Shown one piece after another: positions 10,843-25,391 of a stretch of DNA of 64,000 nucleotides. The stretch's first letter is position 1. Each line of letters begins with the position of its first letter. The notes under the pieces are model-generated. The model was not told the DNA's origin. It did no database searches and was given only the letters and a program-made list of their open reading frames with translations. Source of the DNA: Eledone cirrhosa (lineage: Eukaryota); the NCBI GenBank assembly GCA_964016885.1, contig OZ024744.1, forward strand, positions 53,630,001-53,694,000. Direction: 5' to 3'. Position numbers and translations under genes: made by a program.

Positions 10843-13800
10843 GGCGACCTACATAGTATAGAACATTTTTATTGTTAACTGTATATAAGTGCACATACAT
10901 TGTTTTCTGAAAAGGAAACGCAAATAGATTGGGGCCTTGAGCCCAAAATTTAAACTGTTATAATTATCAAACAAAAATTTTTCTTTGAAAAAAATCATGG
11001 ACGACTCAGTGTCACACCTTCCTCACAAACTAACACCTCACACCGACACCACCATTGTAAATATTACTACGTTTGCCAACACTAAAAATATAAGCAGTAG
11101 CAATATTTTAAATTTGTCTCATGCAGACATTCATTTCCCGCCATTACCAATGACTGCAGGTGTTAAAGCCGCCACCACCACAGCGACAACAGAAACAAAA
11201 GAAAGAAAGAAATTATCTCGTGACATCGAAATGGATTCACCCAAAATAAACATCACTGACGCCACCACCACCACAACTGAAACTAAAATTAACAATAACA
11301 AAAATAACGATAACAACAACAGCAACAATGGAATTAAGAAAACCACCCTGAGTTTTGCGAGAGTAGCAAAAAAGTGCGAAGCATTCCAGGTTACTCAGGA
11401 GGAATCAGAAGAAGCCCCAAAAATGGTAAAGAAAAAATGGGTACAGGGTCAGCCCCCCCCCCCACACACACACACACACATACACACACCTAATAAAATG
11501 GAACATCGGAGCCTATGCACCGTGTCTTATCGAGCGATTAACATAAAATCGTGCCAGGTGGAATGGGCATCCGAGTCCCAAATCCAAAAATCTTTGGGAA
11601 ATGTGTGGGCAAAAAAAAACCCACATCAGACGTGGGCAGAAATATGGAACCGTGGACGTGTTCTTTGAAACACCACAGGAGGCCAGAGAACACTCCATGG
11701 CCCCATTAAGAAGTGACGACTTCACACTCGTCCCAAGCTATTGTGGCCAGAGACTCGTGAAGGTCAGGATGACTCACGTTCCAGCGGCCATCGAAATTCC
11801 CTGGCTAATGGCTGCCGCCCTCGCCGGCATCGAAGCCAACACCAAGATAATCGAAATAGCGAAAGAAAAGCAGGTGAACTGGTGCGGATCTGGGATGGAG
11901 CTCCTGATCCAAGCGGATCAAAAAAGCATTGAGGAGATCCCAGAGGTAATAGACCTCACTGACGGCAGCCACCTCACCGTAATCGTCGAGGGCAGAAGGC
12001 CTAGGTCTGTCGTTTGTGGTGAAGGAAACCACCTAAGGGTTTTCTACCCTCAAGCTAAAAATTTGAGGCCACCTCCCTTACCCACCCCAGTGACTCAACC
12101 ATCAACACCACCAGCAGCAGAAATGGCAGCAACCACTGTAGCAGCAACAACAGAAGCAACTGTAACAGCAACAACCCCAGCAACAGTAGCAAAACCAAAA
12201 CCACCACCACCCAACGCGCCAGAACTAGCACCAGCGCCTACACCAACAACCACGCCACAACCAGAACCAACGCCTGTGGAGGATTTTCCACTCCCCGACC
12301 TATCGCAACTGGAGACAGACTGTGACGACGAGGAGTGGGAAACGGTATCAGGAAAAAAGAAAAAAAGAATAAGAAACCAAAAATGAAAAAATTCTCTTCC
12401 TTCCCCCTCCAAAAACAAAACACAGAGGGAAACAAATAAACTATCAAACAAAAAAGTTAGGACAGATATGCTACCATCCACACCAGCATCACCAACCCCA
12501 TCACCACAAACACCAACACCATCACCATCATTAACCCCAACACCACCATCACCAACACCACACAAGTCACCCAAAAGCGAAACAGAAACAAACCCACAAC
12601 AAACGCAAACAAAACAACCAAAACGATACACACCACACAGCATTAAATTTGAACAACAACCAATTATTACACTACATCCAACACAACACCAGGATCACAG
12701 AAAAAGACTACACAACAACACAAAAGTTCACACCACTTCCACACATACAAATCACTCGCATCACACAGGAAACGTACACGACAGCTGCAGTCCTGGGTCA
12801 AGCGAAGACCGAGATGGAGCGCTTTGAGACTGGAATGTCTTCAGGCGCTCACAGCCCTCGACCAATCGGGCAATGTGATCGGTGGAAACTCCACCTTTGC
12901 GTTCTATAGAGGATTAGTGGAGGGGAAGAGCGACGACGTACTTGGAGTAACTCTAGGTGTCGACGAAAATCAATAAGCCAATCTCTCCGGAAGAACTTTC
13001 GGGCCGGGGCCTATGGACAACTTCCAGAAATCCCTCGCCTGGCAGTGCTACCGAGGAGCTTTGCCAGTTCGGGATAAACTCTACAGGCATGGTGGTGCCG
13101 TCAGCCGGGCATGTCCGAGATGCGCGCAGGGCGACGAAACCGTCCTGCACGCACTCGTCCCTTGTGGGTTTATGTCGAACACCAACTGTCACGTGTAGGA
13201 CGGATCCAGCTATCAGCTGAGTCCATCGTGAGGATGCCCCGCCGTTTTCCTTTAGCCGGGAAGTGCAGGCAGTTTTTATCTGTCTGGTGGCGATGGCGAA
13301 AGAGATAGTATGGGGGACACGTTTGAAAGGGCTGAAGACGAGCACTTACCTCTTCGGTGATGCCCTGATTAACTTTTTCAAATTTCATTTGAAAAGGGAA
13401 ATCAGGGTAGAGAGAGAAGTGCTCTCTTCCCAGCATGTTGTTGAAAGATGGGTGAGAGAGGCAAGTATGGCCCGAGTGAATGGGCCTACTCTGAGTATGT
13501 GTCTGTAAATTAAAGGTGGAAAACTGGGAGAGGGCACTTGCCCTGGTGGTCAGGGTCATTGTGGCCTTTTAATGGTGGAAGGGACGCGCTGCTATGGTCA
13601 GACGATCCATCTGCTGTCAACACCCGTTGAGTGGAGGACTGGGCATGCCATGGCTGATGATGCGCAAACATGCGCTGAGGCTGTGACATCTCTGGTACTT
13701 TCGTCACGGTGAACAGGTGTCGTCGCCGTTCGCCAGCCAAGTTTTGCCACAGCTCGTCTCCTTGACGGAGCTGCAGTCTTGGGTCAGGAAAAGACCAAGG

Positions 13801-14812
13801 GATAGCGCTTGGAAACTGGAATGTCTCCAGGCGCTAACCGCCCTCTGCCATCTAGGCACCAGTATCGGTGGACCATCCACCTCGGCGTTCTATAGAGGAC
13901 TACTGGAGGGGATGAGCGACGACATTCTCGGAGAGATCCTGGGCGTCGAAGAAGTTCAGCTGTTTGCTCTCTTCCGGAGAACTTTCAGCCCAGGGCCTAT
14001 GGATAACTTCCAAAAATACCTGGTCTGGCAGTGCTACCGGGGAGCGCTGCCGGTTCGAGATAAGCTCTACAGGCACGGAAGTGCCGTCAGCCGAGCCTGT
14101 CCGAGATGCGCGCAGAGCGACGAAACCATCGTGCACGCACTCGTTCAGTGCCCGGGCATTGCTGACTTGTGGAGCTATGTCGAACAGTTGCTGTCGCGTG
14201 TAGGACTGATCCGGTTATCGACTGAGTCCATTGTGCAGATGGTCTCGCCGTCTTCCTTCGAGGAGGAAGGGCAGGCGGTTTTCATCTGCCTGGTGGCCAT
14301 GGCGAAAGAGATTGTGTGGTGGACAAGGTTGAAAGGATTAAAGACAGATATTTTCCTCTTCTGCGAATCCCTAATTAACTTTTTCAAGTTTCACTTGAAG
14401 AGGAAAATTAGGGTGGAGAGGCAAGTGCTGCCTTCTAGCAAGTTTGTTGAATGGTGGGTGAATGTAGCGGAATGGTCCGAGTGAACGGGACCACTCTGAA
14501 TATACGCTTGTAGTTTGAGAAATAGAAACATTGAGAGAGGGCACTTGTCCTGGTGGTCAGTGTGGCCGTGGTCTTTTGTGCGGATTTCGCCACGAGTAAC
14601 CCTCAGAGATTTCCCTCCTATTGAGGAATTTTTTCATTTTTTCAATTTTCACTTTTTATTGTTTATATATATATGTTTCTGTCTTTTTTTCTTTTTTATA
14701 TAAATATTAAAAATCTTTACACGTACAAAACCCACATCGTACCGTCCTGTACCGTCCTGTGCCATCTGTAATGTTTTTCTTGATGTCAGCCCTTATGGCC
14801 AATAAAGAAAGC
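10843..14812 (+). mobile_element. Composite Tx1 copy B: ORF1 joined to two different ORF2 3' segments, with APE and RT missing
   Basis: ORF1 pieces lie at 10985-12780. 12783-13556 is nearly identical to 9811-10603. 13560-14513 is a diverged ORF2 C-terminus. The element ends aataaagaaagc followed by (ATT)n. Confidence 0.88.
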
Positions 14813-15179
14813 ATTATTATTATTATTATTTTTTTTTTCTTTCATTATTGTTTCTGGATATATGCCGATTATCTTCCTGTCACCTAGGGCAAATAAATTC
14901 ACAGTGTGCATTGGTAAGCCAGTTAATACAGCACATTGATCATAATTTAAAAAAAAAACAAAAAAAAAACAGTTTACATATATACACATATGCATATGTA
15001 AATACAAGGAGGGATATCAATCTTACAGAGATAGTCCTCTTCTCAATACGTGTACAGTACCAGTCAAAATAATTTTTTGCACCTCGTCCAGAGAGGGTAA
15101 ACCAGGAATCATTCGCAAATATTCTTCTGTTCCTTTCTTGATCATTCCCAGTCCTCCCACAATCACTGGTATTGTAACG

Positions 15180-15430
15180 GCCTTGAGGTGTCACATTTTC
15201 TCAATTTCAATAAGCAGATCTTTATATTTTCGTAGCTTGTCAAATTCTTTTGTGGCGATATTGTGATCACATGGGATGCTCATATCTATCAATAAACAGA
15301 CCTTGCTATGTTGATCTTTGATAATGATGTCAGCTCTATTTGCTTTTATGGTCCTAGCAGTATGTACAGGAAAGTCCCAGAGAATTGTTACTTTTTCTCC
15401 TTCAGTTACAGCCTTCGGGTGGTTTCCTGC
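15180..15430 (-). mobile_element. R4/Dong RLE fragment
   Basis: VTILWDFPVHT...ANRADIIIKD...CLLIDMSIP...KYKDL. Confidence 0.85.
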
Positions 15431-15789
15431 TAGCATTTCTAGTGTGCATATTGATATTATACGCAAATATATATATATACATATAGATATGATACATCAA
15501 ATGAAATCTCAATCGACAATATCCACAGCAATTGAAGAGAATCTGTGTTACATTCTCTTATGTAATCAGTAAAGTAATCCATGATACATTAAAAAAATAC
15601 GAGGTATATAAACTGCATTAGGAAAAAAATTAGTGACAGAAATATATGAATGTTTATATAAGCGATCGCTAACCAAAAGTGTTGACATTTGAAAATTTTA
15701 AAGAAGTGAATCTTAAAATAAGCAACAAAATTATCTATATTTAATCAAGAGTTACGAAATTTAGTAGATAAATTATGTAATATTCAGGA

Positions 15790-17090
15790 GTTAAGTAAAC
15801 CTTTCCTCTTCTCCTTTAGCCTACCTACACGGCCGTCCTAAGAGTAGGCTGTTTAAATGTTCGTGGCCTGGAGTCGTCCTGGAAGCAGGGTTGCGTGCTC
15901 AATGACCCCAGGTCGCTAAATATTGATGTGATTGCTGTCAACGAGACCAGGATTTCCGACAGGCATGTACTAGCCCCTATTTTCGACGACTATCAGATCT
16001 TCGCATCTGTTAGTCGGCCCAGAATGGAAGGTGGGGTAGTAGAGTTATTTGGGAAAGGCCTAGATATCAAGGTCAAGTCGATCTTCCGTGACCCGGACGA
16101 TAAGTTGGAGGTTTTGGACGTGAACGATAGCGAAGCTGGTGCCTTTAGACTGACGCCGTCTATGCCCCGACCGAGACCGGACGGCCGGAGTCCTTTAGGT
16201 GCCTTAAATCCTTTCTGAGAACGTCTTGTCCATGACTGTTAGCGGAGGACTGGAACGGCATCTTAGACGCACGGTGGGATTGTGTGGGAGTAGCTGATAG
16301 GAGCGCGGGATGCAAAAGCCTCAAGTACCTGATCGGCCAGTCCCAACTGTCTGGCAAGTACCGACTAGATCTCCCTAATGTCCCAGTGTGTACCTGGAAC
16401 AAAGGTTCATCTAGATCGTATATTGATAGGTTCTTTAGATAAGGATGATATAGGTTGTCCACATTTTCAAACTGTCGCCTATTCAGATCACAGGTTTGTG
16501 ATCTGCATGGTCGACCTAGATAGGACACGCAGGCTATGACTTGGTTACTGGAAGCTGAACATGTCGTTCTCAACACGTAAAGCTTAGTTAATCAAACGTT
16601 GAAAAGGGGTGTCCTCAACAACAGGGGGGTCTGTCATGAGTGCATTATTTCCACTCTTCTGTACGTATTGATTCTAGGGCCTTTAATGTGGAAACTAGAG
16701 CTGCACCAGTGCATCCAACTCCAGCCAAGACGAGGAAGGTATACTTCGGCATATGCGGACGACATCACCGTGATGGTGTCGAACATCTCGGAAATCTAGT
16801 TGGAAATTCTTAGAGGAATATAAAAGTTTGACGGTAGCAAATCCAAAGTTGGAAAAATCGGTGGGTTGCAGCTCGACATCTGGAAAGACAAATCCATGGC
16901 TTTCAACTGCGCCGTCAGAATCTGGTTTGGACCAGACCTCCAGGTGGATTAGAACGGAGACGAGGTGACGAGTTGGGTGGCTAATTTCATACAGAAATGG
17001 TCTGAGAGCAAGCTATCCCTGAAACGCCGTGCGGAGGTGGCGAATGTGTACATTGCGTCCGTCATCTATTACCGCCTGACCGTCGTACCG
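15790..17090 (+). mobile_element. Decayed, internally deleted Tx1 ORF2 (APE and RT pieces)
   Basis: LNDPRSLNIDVIAVNETRIS and SAYADDITV; DNA similarity to 7164-9565. Confidence 0.85.
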
Positions 17091-17279
17091 TAAAATACCA
17101 GTAATGAACTGTTATCGATTTAATCGAATCCCCACTTAAAATTGCTGTCCCTGTGCCCCAAATATAAACAATTATCACTAATATCATATACGACACATAT
17201 TATCTGTAACAAACATTGAACTAACAACAACAGTAACAACAAAAATAACAAAAGCAGTAAAAACAACAATAATAACGAT

Positions 17280-17565
17280 TTCTGATTTAGGCACGAGGCC
17301 AACAATTTTTTTTTGGGGGGGGGGGCGTTCAATTGACCCTAGTGCATTACTGATGCTTTATTTATCAACCCCGTAAGGATCAAAGACAAAGCAAACATCG
17401 GCGTGATTTGAACACAGAACGTAAATGACCAGAACTCGATGCAACGAAGCATGTCCGATGATACCAACAATAATAATTGCTTCTACTTTTGGCACAAGGC
17501 CAGCAATTACTTCAGTGCATGAAAGGCAAAGTTAACCTCGTCGGGATTTGAACTCAGACCATAAA
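17280..17565 (-). mobile_element. tRNA-derived SINE remnants (octopus-type)
   Basis: Reverse complement of the ctgagttcaaatc...gcctttcatcc...ggggtcgataaa core seen at 48136-48320. Confidence 0.7.
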
Positions 17566-17949
17566 GGGCCAACAATAACACCATCAATAACAACAGTAGT
17601 AGCAACAGTAACAATAACAACAAGTATAGTAACAAAAACAGTGACAACAACAAAAACAATAACAGTGACAAAAACATTAACAAAAGTAACACGTACACCA
17701 ATGGTAAAACAACAACAATAATTATTGTAAGACTAATAACAACAGTACTAAGAACAAGAGTAACAGTAATAACAAATGTGCCAACAACAGTAACAACAAC
17801 AACATAAAGAGATACGATAATAACCAGAGTAAACAGAAGAGTCAACAGAAGTGCACAAACTGTAAATCAGAACAAAATAAACGACTCACTTTTATGTTTT
17901 CTACTGCGTAGAGATAGGGGAAGGTAGATAGTCAGATAAATAGACAGAC

Positions 17950-18425
<476 letters not shown>

Positions 18426-21400
18426 TTCTTTATTAGCCACAAGGGCGCAACAAGAAAGGGGACAATACAAAGACATGCCGGGGATTTTACATACAGTCGT
18501 GTAAAAAATATAAAAACAAACAATTTCAACAATCGAAATCCCCAATAGGGGGGAGGCGCCACAAATGGGTTGTTTAATACCCCGTCGATAGAACAACCCT
18601 CAACTCGAGGAGCGTGTTGTGCAAGTGCTCCTTTCTTCCTTTTGCTCTCTTCCTCAACCTACAGAGAAGGCCCAATCACTCGGGCCATTTTCGCTTCATT
18701 CACCCACCTTTCAGTAAATTTACTGGGGTGCAGTGCCTCTCTCTCCACTCTGATTCTCCTTCTAAAGTGATACTTAAAGAAGGGAATCGATTGTTGTCCA
18801 GAGAGAAAGGCATCTGTCCTCAGTCCTCTCAATCTCGTCCACCATATAACCTCTTTCACCATAGCCACCGTACAGAGGAAAACCGTCTCTCTTTCGTGTT
18901 TGAAAGAGGCTGGCGGTTTGATCTTTACTATGGACTCGGCAGTCAACTGGATTTGTCCCATACGCGACAGCAGTTGTTCTGCATAGTTCCACAGGTCGGT
19001 TACGCCCGGGCAGTGTACAATTGCGTGCAGGACGGTTTCAATGTCCTGCGCGTACCTTGTACACGGCTTCTTGGAAGGATCCCTGCCGGCGCGTCCATGC
19101 CCGTAGATCTTGTCACAAACTGGTAGAGCTCCTCGGTAGCACTGCCAGGCCAGGGACCTCTGGAAGTTGTCCATAGGTCCCGGGCGGAAAATCCTACCAA
19201 ACAGACTAGTGAGCTCATCGTCTTCGACGCCCAGAGTTTCTCCGAAAACGTCGTCGCCTTTGTAACGTACAATCCCTCTATAGAATGTCGAAGTGGAGTC
19301 TCCACTGATTGCTGCGCCCACTTACCAGAGGACTGTGAGCGCCTGAGCGCATTCAATGTGCCAGGCGCCCATCGTTTTCGGTCTTTTCTTGACCCAGGAC
19401 TGCAGCTCTGTCAGTGAGACGAGCTGCGGGAAAGCCTGTCTCACAAACGGTGCCCACACCGGTTGGGGGTCGGTGAGGATTACCTGGAGATGCCGCAGCC
19501 TCAGCACATGTTTGCGCATCATCAGCCACGGCATTCGCAGCCCTCTGTTGGAAGGGTGCTGACAGCAGACGGATCTCCTCACCAGCGGAGCCTGATACTT
19601 CTACAGAAACTGGAAGAGCATGCGTTCCATCTTGGCGAGGTGTTCACGGGGACAAGGCACGACAGTCAAGCGGTAGTAGATGACGGACCCTATGAAAGTG
19701 TTCGCCACCTCCGCTCGACCTTTCAAGGACAGTTTTCACTCTGCCCACTTCTGAGTGAGTGCAAACACCTTGGCCGTGACCTCGTGCCAGTTTTTCTCCA
19801 CCTGGAGGTCTGGACCGAAACAGACCCCGAGCAATTTCACCGGTCCGTCCGTGCAGCGTCCAACGACGCTGTCGGACGTCATCGGTTTGCCTCTCCTCGT
19901 ACCGAGTTGCAAACCGACAGACTTGTCCGGGTTTAGTTTTGCTCCCGTCAGCGTTTCGTATTCTTCAGTAAGTTGCCGATCATCCCGATTTCCGAGGTGC
20001 TCGACACCATTACCGTCACGTCGTCGGCATAAGACGACACCGCTTTGCGAAGTCCTTATTCTAGAGAGATGCCCTGCAACAGCTCCAATTTCCGCAGTAG
20101 TGACTCTAGAGTCAATACATACAGAATGGAGGAGAGAGGGCATCCCTGTCGAATGGAACGCGTGATTGCGAACGGCTCCGACAGGTAGCCGTTCACCTTG
20201 ACTCTCTAGCAGATGATGGTGTGCATCGCCTTGATCCAGCCTCTGAAAACGGGACCGAAACCGACCGCCTTGAGAACCGCTTCCAAGTATCGATGGTCGA
20301 CCCTATCGAATGCCTTAGACTGATCCAAATTGATCAGAAGCCCCACCGAAGCCGGATTTACTACCCACCCTCTCTATGATGTATCGCATGAGATGGAGGT
20401 TGTCGTGTATGAACCTGGTCGGGATTGCACGCGTTTGCGCTTTCCCTACCAGGTTCTCGACGACAAGCGCCAACCTCATCGTTAGCACCTTGGCCAAAAT
20501 CTTTAACTCTGTGTTGAGTAGAGTTATGGGCCTGAAGTCGTTACTTTCGCCCCCCTTGTTCTTGTCTTTCCTGATCAGCGTTACTATGCCCTTGCCTGCA
20601 TAACTGGGAATTCTACCGTTCTACTGCCAATTGCAGTAGACGACTTCGAGGACGCCAGAGAACAAGTCCGGCATGTCTATGTAAAACTCATAGGGTAGAC
20701 CATCTAGACCGGGTGACTTGCGTTTCCCGCAGCGGCCCAGAGCGTCCCGTATCTCTGTGTCCGTGATCGGTCTTTCGTAGAACTCGGCGGCTGTGTTCGA
20801 GAGACGCGACAGGCCGTCGAGGTATGAACTAAAGTCCATTGCCCCGTTCGGCTCACCATTCTGCTCAAACAGTCGCGCAAAGTGCTGCTGAATTGCCGCT
20901 CAAATTTGCTTGGGGTCAAGTAGCACGCGTCCGTGTTGGTCTTTCAAAGACCGAATCGTGGAGTTGTTGCCACTTTTTGCCTCCTCGACTCGGGCCCAGC
21001 TGACAACTTTCGCTCCTTCGTTTCCTAGAGCACGTGTTTTTCTTCTGACCACGCAGCCTTCGTGTTTCGTATCGAAGAACTGGTCTAGTGCCGTTCTCGA
21101 CGCTAACACTCTAGCCGCGTTGCCACATCTATGTGCCTCCTCTACCTTGGCTACTAGTTCTCTTTCTATTTTGTTTTTCTCTAAGGCTAACTCTCTGCTA
21201 AATCCTATCGATTCTACTCTAATTGCGTTCTTGAGAGACTACCACCATCTATTGTTGACGATGGCTCCCGTTAACTGTTGCTTGACTAGTCTACTTATCC
21301 GTTCACTGTAAGCTTTACGCGCCGGCAACGACACGTTAAACTCCCAGTATCCGGGTCCTTTTCTATGTGTTCTATGACGCTTGACTATGCAGATGACTAA

Positions 21401-24077
21401 TTTGTGATCTGAATAGGCAAATGTGTGCATTTTTGGACAGCTTAACATCTCCTTGTCCCTTTCTCCAATGAAAAACCTATCTAAATACGATCTAGGTGTC
21501 CCGCTGCGGTTTGCCCACGTCCACTGTGGTGCTGTCGGGAAATTCAGTCGATACCTATCGGCCAGTTGGAATTGGCTGATTAAAGTTTTGAGGCCATTGC
21601 ACCCCTCTACTGGGACATGCTCCCACATAGTCCCATCGTGCATCTAGGATACCATTACAGTCCCCTACTAAAAGTAAGGAGCGAAACGTTCCCAGAAAAG
21701 ACTCTAGACGCCTAAAGAAGTCTGGCCGTGATTGCGATTGCCCGGTCGGGGCATAAATGGCGACCAGTCTGAAGGCTCCACCTCCAATACTGTTCACGTC
21801 TAGGACTACCAGTCTACCTTCCGGGTCCAAGTGTATTTGCCGTACTTCGACGTCCAGGTTCTTCCGAAACATGACAGCCACTCTACCTCCACCTCCTGGC
21901 TGACAGAGAGATGCGTAGATCTCAAAGTCGTCGAAGATGGGGGTTAGTTGCTGCTTGTTGTGGATCTTGGACTCGGTGATGGCTATCACATCCATACCGT
22001 GTGACCTAAGGTCGTTTAAAAGTTGGCCCTATTTCCAGGGCATCCCTAGGCCACGCACATTCACGCTTCCAACTCGTAAACTAGCCATGTTGGTGGAGAA
22101 TAGTTGGCGAAAAGGACGAAAAGGTGCACTTACCTTTTCTTTTCCTGGAGATCGGGTTGTTCAATCTCCATTTCAGTTCTGGTGGGGTGGGGAAACATTT
22201 TAATAAGACACGGTTAATAGGTTTGTGACAGGGGTTGCCAACATCCTGCGAAAACTGTTCTTTCAATTCCTGATAGGTTTCTATCGAAACCCTTATTTGT
22301 TTTAGGTGTGGAGACAATTCTGCTTTGATGAAAGTTTTGCCCCCCGTCTCCACCCTGGGGTTTTGGGAGATGACCTCCATCAAACTCTTGTTGTGTGTGT
22401 TGATGAATGCGTATTGCTGTTTTTGTTTTGGTTGTTTTGTTTTAGTTTGTTGTTCGTCTGTGCGTTTTCTTTTTTGTGTTGGTGTTTGTTTGGTTGGTAG
22501 GGGGAGGTTTGGTTGTGGTGCTGTTTGTGTTGTTGTTTGTGTCTGTGGTTGTATGTTGGTGTTGGTGATTGGAGTTTTGGGGGTTTTGTGGAGTCTCTTT
22601 TTTTTGTTTTTTGATTTCCGAGGCTCTCCTTCTTCTTCACTTAAAGAAGGAGAAGCAGCCTCATCAGTTGATGAATAATCATCGTTAGGAGTGTGGGGTA
22701 TGTTGTGTGGTGGTGGTGTTTCGGTGTGTTCGTTTGTGGTAGTGTTTGATGGAGTTGGATGGGGTGGGGCTGTGTTCTTCAGAGGTGCTGTCTGTGTTTT
22801 TTCTGTTGCTTGTGGTTGAGTGGTTGTTTGTTTGGGTGTGTTTGCTTGTTTTGTGTGTTGTTGTGGTGGTGCTGGTGGTGATTGTTTTGGTGTTGGTGTT
22901 GGTAAAAGTACTTTTTTTAAAAAGATTTGTTTATAAAGGGTAGGAGGCTTTTAGGTGTGATGCGCTTGCACATCGAAAACAGTGTGGCTTTCTGCCCTCA
23001 GTTACGATGTCGATGTAGTTCTGTTTGTCCACCAGCACTCTTTCGGGGATTTTAGAAATTCTTTCTGGTGTCATTTGTATCAGAATTTCCAAATTTGTCC
23101 TTGCCGACCTTTGTCTGGTCGACTTCCTGACCGAAAGAATTGTATCACTTTCTCGCTCTATAAAACCTGCTAAGATTCACCAAATATTGATGTTTGGTGG
23201 TATATTATTTATTTTAAATTTTTGAGTTCTTTTTCCCATGTAAGTAGGGAAAAAGGTGTGTGTTTTTGTGATGATTGGTGTAACAGAGGGCTTCGCTTTT
23301 AAAAAGTACGGAAAAACTTCCATATAGTCTGGCCCTCTGCATAACATCAATGTCCGGCAGAGCCTCTTTCAAGGTGTTTTCAATTTCTCCTTGACTGAGG
23401 AATACCGGTTTTTTCGTTTGATTTGAAACAGTTCTGAAGGTTACTGTCCTTCGAACTGTTTCTCGTTTAATTTCCAAGGGTGAGTTTATATGAAACCCAC
23501 CCTTTTCTTCAAAGGTTATGAATTGTTTTGCATCAGTCAACATTTGTTTGGAGTTGTTCATGTCGATGTGTTTGTACTCTATTTTATTTATCACAATCTT
23601 TGCGAATGTTGTTTTTTCAATGTTGTTGTTGTTGTTGGATTTTTCGTGTGTAGTTGTGTCAATTGTTTCAATTTCTGCATTTTCTGCATTTTTTTGGTGT
23701 CTGTTGTGGGCTGTTATTTTCATCTTTTGTTGTGTAAATATCCATTTCTTTACGAAACGAAGTTTTGTTGCTGTTTGTATCCATATTTACTTTTATGGAA
23801 ATAGAGGGAGACATAATGCTTATAACTGCCTCTTTCCCTCTTTTCTCGCAGTCTAGCGTTCGCTGTAAGTCACACATCGTTAAAGTTAGGAACATTTTTA
23901 AAACTTGTCAATTTTTCAAATTAAATTTCCGTCCCTGTGGCGTGAAAACTGAGATTACCACCCAGCTGACAATTCAGCCTGGGTGTTAATCTATCAAACA
24001 ATATACATTTTTACACAATAAATTCCGTTTTTGTATAGAAAATTTTACAAAAACTTACCAGTGATCTACCGCATGTC
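18426..24077 (-). mobile_element. Full-length but decayed Tx1 LINE, copy C, flanked by (TATC)n
   Basis: ORF1 pieces at 23214-23723 and a knuckle EGRKPHCFRCASASHLKASY near 22940-23005. ORF2 fragments span 18659-22088. The 3' end is cccttgtggctaataaagaaatc followed by (tatc)n. Confidence 0.92.
18659..22088 (-). pseudogene. Tx1-C ORF2 (APE-RT), multiple stops and frameshifts
   Basis: MDVIAITESK, RSYLDRF, YSDHK, KSPGLDGLPYEFY, IHDNLHLMRYII, MDNFQRSLAWQCYRGALP. Confidence 0.9.
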
Positions 24078-24114
24078 CGATAGAGACAGAGATATATAGA
24101 TATGTTTCTTTATT

Positions 24115-24115
<1 letters not shown>

Positions 24116-24190
<75 letters not shown>
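24116..24190. repeat. (GATA)n microsatellite at the 5' flank of Tx1-C
   Basis: Direct reading. Confidence 0.95.
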
Positions 24191-24214
24191 CGTTCCGCGG
24201 GGCTAGGCCCCTCA

Positions 24215-24530
24215 TCTGCCCCTCACATCGAAGAACGCGATTAGAAAGAGTTTGAATTTGGACTTCAGCTGTCTTGTTTTCCTCAGCCTCAGCGATTCCG
24301 GACTCATTCACTGAAGGTTGTGGCGCTTAGTCCCGGATCGAACTTGAAGATCCATGGCTCGCCACTGGTGTCGGGTATCCTCAGTAATTCTGGATCGGTT
24401 TCATGAGGTTCAAAGATGTATTGACACACCTGCATACCCCGCCTCTTTCGAGTCATCGTTCAACAACTTCGGCATCATTTTCCCCCAGCTGAATCAGAAA
24501 CGTTAGGTTCGTTCGTTGCTCTGTGTCCAT
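24215..24530 (-). mobile_element. mariner transposase remnant
   Basis: Manual translation gives MDTEQRTNLTFLIQLG... and SGEPWIFKFDP/TKRHNLQ*MSPESLRLRKTRQLKSKFKLFLIAFFDVRG, matching the mariner TGDExW...FFD region. Confidence 0.8.
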
Positions 24531-24789
24531 CGTCTGGCGGTCTCAAATTATAGAGCTGCTAACAAAAGCATGTGAAAAAACACACAATGGCTGGAGAGAG
24601 AACTGAGATCGCAGTCATATACTACCCGGATATTACACCACACGATGACGCGACCCGCTAATATCTACCCCACTTATATCTCACACAGTACATTAAGTAT
24701 TGTTTCTTTTATGACGGTGCGCCGCGCTAGATTCTCCTGTACATGTGTCGTTGTCGTGACGAAAGTTGGTGCGGTAGTCTTTCGGTCCT

Positions 24790-25165
24790 CATCCTGCACG
24801 CGTTACCGGATTTGATCTTCAATGGTCGGTTGCTGCTGACATTATCTGTCACGTATACAGACACCAAGGATCTGACGAAGACTTCACATTTGGAAAACCT
24901 CGAGCTTGTTCAGGTTTTGTTTGAGGATGGTCCAGGTCTCAGCGTGGTAGAGAAGGACACACAGGATCAGCGTGAACAGACGTATCTTGGTTCTTAGGGA
25001 GATTTGAAACTTCTTCCAGACACACCATCGAAGGTATCCAAGCGCAGAAGTCCCAGATCTGATTCGGAAGTTGATCTCTGCAGTTGAAGCCACTTTTTTC
25101 TCTGCAATCAGTGAGCCGAGATATTTGAACTCCCGGACCTACTCAATCTGATTGCCATCAATGGT
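24790..25165 (-). mobile_element. RTE-clade LINE C-terminal fragment
   Basis: EFKYLGS...EINFRIRSGTSA...ISLRTKIRLF...VLLYHAETWT. Confidence 0.82.
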
Positions 25166-25391
25166 GGGTGAGCCACCTGTTATTAGAACTTTTTGACTTG
25201 TCAGCATTGATTCTGAGACCATACGCACATTCATATGTATATCGCTATTTCAGAGCACCAATACAAATTTCTAATTGTTCTCGGTTGGCAAACGTTCCGT
25301 ATGCAAATGACTTTCAACAGCTCAAACATAATTGGAATTCTATAAGAATCCAGCTTCGATAGCTTCAGCAAAGGCAGATGGATATGTAATC

